Shown: positions 38,905 to 49,945 of the stretch, piece by piece
Layout of the letters: every line of letters begins with the position of its first letter
How positions within the stretch are numbered: position 1 is the first letter of the stretch
Source of the DNA: Takakia lepidozioides
Lineage: Eukaryota > Plantae > Bryophyta
DNA length: 64,000 nucleotides
Direction of reading: 5' to 3'
NCBI GenBank assembly: GCA_030704615.1
Contig: CM060733.1
Coordinates: 76,074,001-76,138,000, forward strand
The notes under the pieces: generated by a model
Told to the model about the DNA's origin: nothing
Seen by the model: the letters and a program-made list of their open reading frames with translations, nothing else
Databases searched by the model: none
Made by a program: the position numbers and the translations under genes

Positions 38905-41789
38905 GTATTTCCATTCAGATTCGAGAGTACCTTCCTTGTGAAGGTTTCCATGATGGAACTAGCTCCAAGGAGCATGGTTTACAGGCCGTTAAATATCAAG
39001 CATAAGGACGAAGTGAAAGCGCGACTCTTCCAACTTCATTTGTTCGACTCCAAACGTCCAGTGTATCTTGCGCCAATCAACCCTTCCAATCCTGAGAAGA
39101 TTGCTTCATCGCGACCGAAGCAACGGAAGGAGATGGACGTATCAAGGTTCTTCGTAATTGGTGGACAACACACCATCGTGGCAGCAAAGGTAATGGACTT
39201 CATTTCCTCCCAGACCTCTCTTTTAACGAACCTCCACTGGGCAATGGAGGTTGGTGTTGAACTACAAAATTGGATATATCCCCACACTTTCAACTCTCTC
39301 ACCCATTTTACATTAACTATAGCAGGAACTTCTCGAGGATCTTTCCGACAGCGAACTGAAGGAGGACTACCGGGAGTGGCCTGCGAAGATTGTATGGTCT
39401 ACCGATGAACAATGGCTCCTGAAGTTGTCAAAGCTCCTCAACGATCCCAATAAGGTGCAAAAGTTTGATACAACAATGCCGGAGAAAGTTGCGCATGCGC
39501 GAATGTTATTCAACCTGAGGGGGAAGCCAAAGAAATACAACGATCACACCACAAAGTCCGAGACAAAACAATGGAAGGTATGCATTTATGGAATCAAAAT
39601 CTACTATTCACATTCATTTTATGCTAAAGAATACTTCTGTTGTCGGAGTGACAACTAATTTATCCCTGAATGAATGTGCAGGAGTTCATGTTTGTCTGTC
39701 ATTTGATACTAGAAATGGGTAGCATTAAGGAGGCAATGGTCTTGATACTTTGCAACGACGACGTTTGGAAGATCTAGGAAGATGTTTTCAAAAACTGGGA
39801 GCAGGGAAAGCTACTCGACCCGCTTGGGATACAGTACAAGGGTGAACAACAACAGCTCACGAAATCTGCTATCGCAAAGCTGCAAGGGTTGAACAGATGG
39901 CAGCTGATAAAAGTTGCGCAGAAAATCCTGGACCTGAAATTGACCATTCGAGATTACAAAGGTCAAGACAAATCAATTCAAGGCATGAACAAATACATAG
40001 ACGACATGAAAATGCGCCGGTTTATTGTCGGCGATGTGATGGAAGTGTTGGGGTGGCCTCGGAGGAGCAAATAGTGCACGGAACCGTACACTAAGGACGA
40101 GTGGCGTGAAGTGAAGAGAAAGTACCACTTCAATAAGGCAGAGTTCTCAACATTTAAAGACAAACTGGGGACGGATTACATCCAAAGCAAGATCAAGATG
40201 AACATGGAGACAAAACCACTCACGGCCGCTTTTGTTAAGTACGTCTCCTCCATCAAGAAAGCTTATGAGGATAGAGAGGATGCCATGGCGATTATTTCAG
40301 CGAGTTTCAAGACTCATTACGCTATCATGGGTGGAGAAACAAAATTCGCCGATGCCAAGTCTCGTCTGCGACTCGCACCGAAGAAACGGTTTGACAACAT
40401 AGCGATGGTGTTCGTCAATACAGTTTCTGAAGACGACTCTGTCGTATTTGAGTCCAACGATTATGTGAACATACTGGAGGCCTTTGTGGCTCAGAAAATG
40501 AACACGAGTGTTTTTGTTTTCTTCTCGACGCAACCGTCCTCGGCCAATCTGGTCTCCTACATCCGAAATGGTCCCGGAAGAACATCGTAGCTTGTCCGTC
40601 AGGGATTTTATGTTCGGGGAGAGTATGAAAATATTACAAAAACAACACGAAGACTTTCTCTCGGACTGTACTGTGCCTGGACTATGTTTTTCCAGCGACA
40701 CCTGAGGAGATGCAGAATCCGGACGAGCACATCTCCACCGTACTGTTAATCGAGCCAATACAGCCGATTCTGGAATGGCCCTCTGAGAAGCCATCAGCTT
40801 TTGAAGAAGAGTGCAAGACTTATAATCATAAGCTACAAGCTGACACATACGACTATTTGGCCTCCCTGTTTTGTCAAGATGGGATGTCCGCTGTCAACAT
40901 CTTCGGAGGCGTGATGTTGACGTACGCCCTTCATGTAAGTGTAAAACCTTTTTGCATTTTAAATACAAATTTTACATTTTTGATCCACCGCATCCTCTGT
41001 TTTACTGACTGGGTTTATCTGCAGGCAAGAAACATTCGAGTGCTTGAGATCAACCACTCAACCAAGAAAAAGTTTTGCAAAGGAAAAGTTGATAATTTTA
41101 AGAAGCTTCAAATTGAGAATGACAATGTTGCTGAAGAGGTTGACGGCGGAGACGATGATGAGGATGAGGAGGAGGAAGATGAAGACTTGGAAGAAGGAGG
41201 CGGACATTCCGAACACGTAGAGGAGGACGAGGTCATCGATGGTAATGGGGACAACGAGGGCCACGATGGTGACAATGCAGACCGTTCGGAGGATGGACAC
41301 CTGGATGTGATTCAAGACTTCAGAACTCAGTCACATGATGGTATTGAGAACATCACCCAAGACATTGTGGTCCACAATGTCGTGATTCTGGATGGGGATT
41401 CGTCGAGTTCAAGCGAGAGAACTAAGAGTAATCCTGCTTCACCATCAAGGGGTGCGGAGGCGAGCTCAATCGAGGTGCGCGGCAATTTGATTGGGAGTGC
41501 AGACGATTGGTTCAAATCTGTAGAAGGGGACGAGCCAGCGCCAATGTCCCCGTCTCCCGCGAAAGAGAGGGTAGAGAGAGTGAGGACAAAGAGCCCGTGT
41601 CCCACAAAAGACAGTGGACACAGAGGGAGGACTAAGAGCCCGTCCCCCGCAAAAATGGACAGTGGTGACAGAGGCAGGACTAAAAGCCCGTCTCCAAGAA
41701 AAAACAGCGGAGGCAGAGGCCGAACTCAGAGCCCAACTTGCTCTCAAAGTGTCTCCCAGCATGTCAATTTGGATGTAGATAACGAATGA
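38905..41789 (+). pseudogene. ParB/Srx-like domain fused to a degenerate beta-class amino (N6A/N4C) methyltransferase-like region, with acidic and RxRTKSPSP tail
   Basis: YRPLN...FFVIGGQHTIVAAK (ParB-like GxHR signature). GT-AG introns at ~39190-39323, 39578-39681 and 40935-41023. C-terminal FDNIAMVFVNT (position of DPPY) and LASLFCQDGMSAVNIFGG..ARNIRVLEIN (motif I/II-like). In-frame TAG stops. Confidence 0.5.
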
Positions 41790-42285
41790 CACCTGGAGAT
41801 TTATGGTATCTTCAAGCATTATAAATGGAACAAATTGTGTGTATTACATCTGGTTGTGTTCTGGTTGTGTTTTTGGCAATACCTGATCTGTATCTTAATA
41901 TTTCCCACATTCTTGAACTTTACATGTGACTAACGGTAAGAAAACTCGTATAGATCCATGAACGGAAATTGGAGGAAATCACACAAACCCGGACAGAATC
42001 CATCGCGACTCAAACAGTGAGGAGGCAGGTGGACTTAACAATAAGGGCCAGCCCAACTGATCCGGTCAAACAAACAACCTCCACTACACAGTCGACGTTG
42101 CGAGATGGAGGAGATGAGCCTGAGATGGTCGTTGCTCACCGTGAAGGAAAAGAGAGCGAGCAGCACCATCAGCAAATTCGGAACCCCTCCCCGAAACGGG
42201 TATACACCTCATAACCATCTTAGCTATGTTCTTCTTTGTCCTTCTTCTAGTTTTCAAAATAAATTAATTGTTCTGTTATTCCACA

Positions 42286-43024
42286 GGATGATATGATTCA
42301 CCCTCCAATCGACTATCACAAATCTGTGAACCCACAGGATTGGTATCGCCTCTCTGAGGGACCGAAAGGATCTCGACCAGGATACTACGTACTGGTTCTT
42401 GACGTCGGTTACCTTGGTGAGGTTTATATCCGAGATGGTCCGAGATCCCCTCCCGCAACCCATCCTTGTATGTGCGCTAGAAAATTCAAGCTTGCAGTCC
42501 GAAATGGGTTGGACGACTTCCTGAAATAGGTCCTTAAGCATTTTGAGGTCTACTTTTGGAACACTGGACCGTTAGAAAATGTCCTGGATATAGGGCTGGC
42601 TTTGTTTGGAAGAAGGTTTTACAAGGTCAGGGAATTCAGCAATGAGAACTGCGTGAAGCATAGACAGACGTTCAGTGCCGACTGGCCCAAATATCCGAAA
42701 GCGCCAATATATCTTAAACGTCTCTACGACCTTTTCACTGTAGACGACCCTGTAGCGTACAAATCAAACACACTTCTTATCGACACTGTAGAAAATATGT
42801 ATAAGTCTTACTTGAACCCAAAGTCGCTCGGTATCTTCCTTCCAAAATATAAAGCGCTCGTCGACCCATACAAGGACAGGTTTCTTCTTGATGAACTCAA
42901 ACCGCACCTGGAAGAGTTGCGGTTATCCGGAAAAGACGTTGATATATTCAACGTGGAAAAACCCATAGGATGTCCACCGTATAATGACCCAAAGGTCAAA
43001 TGCCTCTTGCTATGGGATTTGTAG
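42286..43024 (+). pseudogene. FCP1/NIF-family HAD phosphatase domain 1
   Basis: YVLVLDVG...RNGLDDFLK*VLKHFEVYFWNT...YLKRLYDLF...NTLLIDT...NPKS; one in-frame TAG at 42527. Confidence 0.7.
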
Positions 43025-43203
43025 TGGCAGGTTTATCTTAGAAAACAAAAATTTCCTGACGCTTCATTGGAACAGTTTGAAACGTAGATGGCTGCTCTAG
43101 ATTTTCATGAACCTTGACTGTCCAGTGGACGTTTCTCCCAATGTCAATCCTGTCCTTGGTTTATCTTGATTACCACCTGAGTGGATGTATGAATTTCTCA
43201 CAG

Positions 43204-43830
43204 ATTGCAGCACCAGTTTCTCCAGTTGCGAAATGATTGCGCTTGATAATTTTTGACCTGAATGGAGTTTTGTGCAAAGTGTTGAAGCACCAGAAGAGCT
43301 AATGTGTCCCCCGAATGTCCGAGACAGACTACATGATACCAGCTCTTGTTGGATTTCGACTTGTCTATAGGCTGGAAAAATATCGTGAGATGTGGACAGA
43401 GTTGAACAAACATTTCCGTCTAGGTATATGGAGCTGCATGATGTACAAGAACTTGCAGCCTATACTGGACTTTATGCTTCGGGGTCTTCCTCAGCCGGCA
43501 TTCGTTATGTCTCAGGAAGATTGTATCTCATGTCCTACTTTCTGTCCACCCTCAATTTATATCAGGATACGACCCGCCGAGTCTGTTCTTGAAGCCATTG
43601 ATGACGGTCTGGCAAAGATTTGGTGGTCAGTACAACCTGAGTTACACTCTACTTATTGACGATTCAGCTATTAAGTGTGTGTTGAACCTGCCTGAATCCT
43701 GCCTGATTCTAAAATCGTTTGAATCTGTTGAGACGGACTCTTGCTATCTCCAGAAGGTTCTTTAGAAATATTTGCTTGGAATGAAGAAATCTCACACGGT
43801 TTCCAGTTATCTCAGGGAAAAGAGGATATG
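43204..43830 (+). pseudogene. FCP1/NIF-family HAD phosphatase domain 2
   Basis: LIIFDLNGVLCK...KHFRLGIWSCMM...TLLIDDSAIKCVLN; stops and frameshifts. Confidence 0.75.
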
Positions 43831-44449
43831 ACTTAAGCCTTGTCAGAATGTTTCCACCGATCCCAAGTTTAAGCCTCTCCTGGATTATGTTGATGATTCT
43901 AATTACGGGAATCTCCGATATGATGCTTCAAAATAAAGATTTTATTGATCAACCACGTCTGTGATTCAATGTTTATTTTTTATTGGTTTTTTTTATAGGT
44001 TGTATTGTTTTTCTAGAAAAACTGTTGTGTACTGTGATTTTCTTTTCAATCTGAATTGACATGGAATTGTTTGCTATTTCCTAGTCTCATCCAAGCGTTT
44101 CCCCACCCCATACCATCCCGATCCTCTAAGATACAGGCCTTCTCCGAAACTCGTCTCGGGGGCTTTTTCAAATCCGACAACCTCCACTGTGCAGTGGAGG
44201 TTATCCCGTGTCTGTACATTGACCTTGTAAGTTCGTTTCTACAGGTTCATGGCGATGCTGCTGATGCCAACTTCTTGTCGGGACCTCCATTGGAATCCTC
44301 CATATCAGAAATTCGTCTACAGAGGGACAACATTCACACTACTGTTGAGATTTCTATCATCGACGATGAAGCATCATCCAGGCACTTGGCTTCCCTAGGA
44401 TAACTTTGTCTCTCATCCTTTACATGCAACAGCGGGGAAGAGGAAACGG

Positions 44450-45266
44450 ATGTTGTTAATTTTGAGTGTCAACGGACTCCTCTGCTACCGGCCACCCCCA
44501 ACCGGTGGTGAACTGTTTAAGGAGAAATTTCGTTTCAGGAATGTGACATTTCAAGTTCCTGACAGACCGTTTGTGGTGCCTCGGCCTGGAGTCTTGGAGT
44601 TTATGGACCTTGCATTGAAGCATTTTCACGTGGCCATTTGGTCATGTGCTGATAGAGGTGTTCTTTGTATGATGTTGGAGAGCTTCGTCCCCACGAAAAT
44701 AGCGAAGAAGTTTTGCTTCATACGGTCTGTTGAGGATTGTAAAGATACCACCGGTTATATCAGGCCCGGGATGACATATCTCGTGAAGGATATTCGAAGT
44801 GTTATTGTCAGGTACCCTGGTAGACTGTTTGCTACGCAGGGGCAAATACTTCTTGTAGATGATGAGCCATCAAAAGGCCTACGAAACCCACAAAATACTG
44901 GATTCTTCCCTTTCTCATTCAAGCCTTCACCAAACGGATTGCATGACAGGGATGATAACAAAAGCAGTGTGGCCATATATATCGGAGATGGCTGGAGCTT
45001 CAATAGTCGTTGATTACATTAACGAGAACCGGGCAAAGTGTTCTCATAAGCCTATTGGTCGAAACCATGCCTGCTGGGCCTGGTATAGAAGATATCTTGA
45101 TCCTCGTATTTGGATCCCACAACAAAAAGAACCTGATTACCTTGGTAGGCATGTGGATCCCACTCTTCTCTTGTTTGTTCATAATTTGATTTTCCAATTC
45201 TTTTGCAGCTGCATTTGCACTCTTACCTCAACATATCCATATGCAAAACTTCCACTTTGGGCCTAA
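44450..45266 (+). pseudogene. FCP1/NIF-family HAD phosphatase domain 3
   Basis: LLILSVNGLLC...RPGVLEFMDLALKHFHVAIWSCA...LVKDI...ILLVDDEPSKGLRNPQNT; frameshift near 44960. Confidence 0.8.
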
Positions 45267-47006
45267 CATTTGTCATTTCCATCGCCTCTCCCCAGTTACA
45301 TTCAAGGAACGAATACTAAAAGAGGAACAAGAGCTGCGTGATTGGGAAGAATGGCGGGCGTGTCGGGAGGCTTCAAGGACATCAAGTAGAGTTGGCAGTA
45401 ACATTTCAGATGACAATGTCAGCCGGTTTCACCTTCCTGAAAGTATCTCCGTGTCCTCTGGAGCGGAGACCGTTGCAAGTGGTTGTGGTAATCGGAGGCA
45501 TGCCTTGACTGCAAGCCGTTTGGGAGGAGACTCAATATTATTAATGAGTTAGTATAAGCCGTAACGGTTCTATGCCTTCAGAATCAATGGCTTGTATGGC
45601 ATTAAGTCCATGAACGGATGGACAGTTGACATTCATTTTTCTGTTGGTCCATCGCCTTGAATGATATAATCTCAAATAAAATATGAATGTTTCATATCAT
45701 CAATCAGGTCCCGACAGACTCGTTTTTCCATGTTGTCCTCTTCATCACATGCCATCATTGTTTCATATTTGGTTCTGCCATTATTCCATGTTTGTTTCTG
45801 GATGTCATTTTGGATATCGGAGCTCTCATCATTGTTTGATTCATTGCATCATCCCATTCCTTTTAATGAACGTCAACTTGGCAGTGGATGTTCATCTAAG
45901 ATACATACTTGTATTTTTGCGTAGAATGTGTGGAGGATTACATAATTTGTTGTTATATAGTGCACAAATAGTCAAATAATTATAGATATATCTCTTTATT
46001 TCTATTATAGATTATAATTATTCATATACCTTGTATTATTTCTGGACCAAACAAAAGTCCAGAATTAGTTAAAATAGTGTTACACTAGTTTGTTCAAACC
46101 ATTCATAGCGCGGGCGTCTAAGCCTCACAAGTTTTGGTTCTGCCCTGATGACATTGCACATTGTGTGATGGGGAGTTTTCGTGAATCGGTGATAATAAAT
46201 CCCCAAATTCTTGTTGTCTGGCCAGTGAAGGTGGGAACGTCACTCTCCAAATAGGAGATTGAGATGCTGGAGGATGCTGGAGGATGCTGGGTTTTGCCTT
46301 CCAAGAGGCCCAACTGTGCAACTTACACCCATGTCTTCAATGTCTTTGCCTTCCACATTTCTTGCACGTCCTCCAGTTGGCAATGATTGGCCCACAAAAA
46401 TGAATAGAAAACAGGTCCCTCGGGTTGAGCCAGGTGTAGATCATGAGTTCAAGGTGGAGTGACTCTGCTAGAACTCTGCGGTGTCGAGTGACCCAAATTA
46501 TTAATGTCCCCCCTCTAGGCTATGGGCGGGTGTACACAATGGTGACCTCTAGATCTATTGTTCATGGTAGGACCTATGATATTACAATTGGAATTGCACT
46601 TGCCCGGACTTTCAAAGCATGCTTTTGAGCTCTCTTGGGAAGAGAGGCAGGTTTGTCCCGTGCAAGCATGTATACTATATCTACCTTCAGAATTTTGCGA
46701 TCCTAAACGAGACAAGTACATTCACCAATGTACGCTAGGTTACAGTGAGGTTCCACTACAACAGAAATAAGGATTTGTAACTGGGATTTGTGACTATTTT
46801 CTGGTCATAAGTCCCTTATGACTAATAGTCATGTAACCCCTTAGTCGTAGAGCAACTGTAGTCACGTTCATGGGCAAGCCATTCAATTGGCCTGAGCCGA
46901 AAGACGTATATAGGACGGAGTAGACCATAGTCTCGTAGATATGAGATTTGTGGCGGTACAATGGTTCTTTTATGAAGACATAATTCAATTTTGATCGTGC
47001 ATGTAA

Positions 47007-48590
47007 TAAATAAAGTCCCATTGTAAATACTACATTGCATATGCTCGACCCTGACACCTGTCATCGCAACATAAATGGTTTGTGTACTGGCTCACTGTTT
47101 ATATTTGTAATGTTCCAAGGTTTCGGATAGGGTTATGAGAAAACGATGTATTAGTTCCGTAGGAGTTAGACAATAAATGTCTCACATCTCATTCAACTGT
47201 GCGACACTACCATGAGATGCATGGATCGGAAAGTAATAGGTGTACATGCGACCTCCAAAGTCCGAACGTTTGATACTAGATCCAGCGAATGGTCTACTTG
47301 AATGCCCGGAGGTCGCATGTTCACCTATTATTTTTTTATCCATACTACTCATGGTAGTGTCGACAGTTGAATGAGATATGGAACATTTGTTATCTAACTC
47401 CTAAAAAGCCAATATATCATTTTCTCAGTACCCTGTCAGAAACATTGAAACATTCGAAGTTACAAACAGTGCCACAATACACGGCCGGTTTTGTTGAAAT
47501 AACATCTATGAAATTCGAGCGTATGCAATTTATTATTTACAACGGAACTTTATTTACTCGGGGGACCGGTATTGCTGCAGGAGCGCAACTGATGGTGCGA
47601 GTTCTCTATTGATTAGAGCTGTCACAACCAATGTCAACAATCATATTTACGGTAAGGTGTTTCAAGTTATTGTTGTTCCTCTGGCTGAATTCTGTAGTAC
47701 TCTTTTTGCTATTCCCATGCCAACGTCCTCTGAGACTGTCATGTTCAAACGAACGTATCAGCCACCCCGGCCAACTTGCAGGCTGCAGCCACGGCCTACC
47801 ATAAATTGAATGAATTGGAGATTTTGTGCGAAGTTCCTGGTTTCATGTCCGTGGTGGCTGATACGGAATTTCGCAGTGGACCTGATGTTGTTGGCATGAG
47901 AGTAGTAAAACAATTCCTAAAGAATTCAGCTACATGAACATTGACAGTATAAAACACCTTGCAGTACATATGATTCTTGAGATTGTTTGCACGGATTATT
48001 TGTGTTTGTGCTTTCAAGTGACGAACATTTCCGCCATGGTGCGGAAGAGGTGCATTGGCCACATTCAACGGTTGATGTGATACCATTTCACAAATGTATC
48101 ACATCGCATTTGTGAAAATGTATCACATGAACCGTTCCATGTGGCCTATGGGAATCTTCGATGGGTACGAGATCAATGGGGCCTACGAGATGAGCTTCCA
48201 CCAACAAACATGTGATCATTTCAGAAGTGCTTGAACTTTAAAGCGACGATGGGCAAGGTTCTTCATCCAGATGTTCAACATGCTGAGGTCTTCTGTAATG
48301 TCTCTTGTTTCGTAATGAGGTGCTTCTCCAACTCTTATTTTTTCAATGTTGATATCTTCCATCTGGAACATATCCACACATGCATATATAAAGACTTAAA
48401 AAACCAAATGACCATCAAAACTGGAAGCTGGGGATGAGGCTTATAAAAGTGGAGATGATCATTTGCTTATTTAAGGATTTCTGCACACATGTGTGGATCT
48501 GTTCCAAGTGGAGAAAATCAACATATTGGATAAAGTGGACATGGAGAAGCACCGCATTACGAGGCAGGAGACACTACAAAAAGAGCTTCA
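47007..48590. repeat. Four consecutive long imperfect inverted repeats
   Basis: Arms at 47007-47256/47308-47556, ~47610-47735/47880-48000, 48057-48146 and ~48285-48415/48455-48590. Mirrored ORF translations such as IYNGTLF and NHIY/MYxKVF appear on opposite strands. Confidence 0.85.
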
Positions 48591-48634
48591 AAGGGCATAC
48601 AATGTAACAGGTCCCAGTATAATCGAAGATGAAA

Positions 48635-49945
48635 CCCCACTCATTCAATGGGCGATTGAATGGTTGCCCATTCAAATGATTTTCGTTTGCTTTCAATCTT
48701 TGCCACTATGTTCAACATACCATGTATCAGGTCCCCGACTAATATAAGATCAATCAAAATTCATTCGATGGCTCAACGGATGGTTGGCCATCGAAATGAT
48801 TTTGGTTCGCTTTGAGGCTTGGCACTATGTTCAATGTGCCATATAAGAGGCCCTAGAGTAATATGAGATCAACCGAATTTCGTTCAATGGGCCAACGGAT
48901 GGTTGCCCATCCAAATGATTTTCGTTCGCTTTGAGACTTGGCCAGTGTGTTTAGTGTACCCTCTTATACATCCCAATGTAATACAAGATCAATCGAAATT
49001 CGTTCGATTGTCCAATGAGGCGTTCACTTGTCATCTGGTTTTTGTTCAATGCGAAAAAGAATTCCTGCAATGCGTGCACGGCTATTGCACCCATTGAACG
49101 GATGTGGTTGAAGCCCCTCTTTTGTCCCCATGTGCTGGAACATGTGTGTGATACATGTGCGGAGACACATTAGACAAATAAATCATTCGCCTCCCCATCG
49201 ACGCGCTCACCCCTCAAGCCATTCCACAATTTAATTGAATTTAAATTTATTTTAAGCCAATAAATAGGTTTGTAGTGCCTTTCATTGGGGGCGCAAAAAT
49301 TTGGACCAATAAAAAATGCCCCCAAAAAAAAGTGTTCCGTCTCCCTCACTATTGTAGAACTCTCTATGAAGAGTGCATGAAATTGAACACAAATCAAGTT
49401 TGGAGTGCAAAACAAGGAAGAAAACTGTGGTTTTGGATCCAAATGAATTATGTTCGCTCCCAAATTTGGCACGCGCGTTGCATATGGCTACATTACACTC
49501 CCTATTCAAAAACGGAATGAAAAAAAAATCGTGAGCATGCAAAACACAGTCCAACAGGTCCCAAAGCAATAGCAGATCCAACGGAATATATTCAACGGGT
49601 GAACGGATGGTTGCCCATCCAAATCATTTTTGTTTGCTTCCAAACTTTGCCAGTACGTTTGAGACACCCTCTCACAGGTCCCCGACTAATATGAGATCAA
49701 TCGAAATTCATTCGATGGCTCAACGGATGGTTGGCCATCGAAATGATTTTGGTTCGTTTTGAGACTTGGCCACTATGTTCAATGTACCATGTAAGAGGCC
49801 CGAGAGTAATATGAGATCAATCGAGCTTCGTTCAATGGGCCAACGGATGGTTGCCCATCCAAATGATTTTCGTTCGCTTTGAAACTTGGCAAGTGTGTTC
49901 ATTGTACCCTATGATACGTCCCAGTGTAATATGAGATCAATCGAA
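48635..49945. repeat. ~123-bp tandem repeat in two blocks (48635-49020, 49590-49945), each unit containing a small hairpin
   Basis: Recurring ATGGGCCAACGGATGGTTGCCCATCCAAATGATTTTCGTTCGCTTTGA and AATATGAGATCAATCGAA. Confidence 0.88.

Larger units (their letters stand above)
29255..46081. mobile_element. 16.8-kb cut-and-paste DNA transposon, Sola1-like, with cargo genes
   Basis: 30-bp TIRs AACCCTATTTTAACTAATTCTGGACTTTTG (29255-29284) and its reverse complement (46052-46081, 1 mismatch). 4-bp TSD ACAC at 29251-29254 and 46082-46085. The empty site restores a reading frame, and a DDD transposase lies inside. Confidence 0.9.
29095..46770 (+). pseudogene. SWIM-zinc-finger transposon-type gene split by the 16.8-kb element (left part ~29095-29254, right part 46086-46770)
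   Basis: Removing 29255-46085 gives in-frame ..VEESDCGDAMWHIEQ..CTSKISKGTDGTPAPTY|TSLFKPFIARASKPHKFWFCPDDIAHCVMG... Downstream are YDITIG and GRFVPCKHVYYI (SWIM CxH end). Stops and frameshifts are present. Confidence 0.7.

Noticed and set aside
29484-45892. 24-bp palindromes as a CRISPR array or terminators
   Set aside because: They are dispersed at irregular spacing of hundreds to thousands of bp and lack U-tracts.
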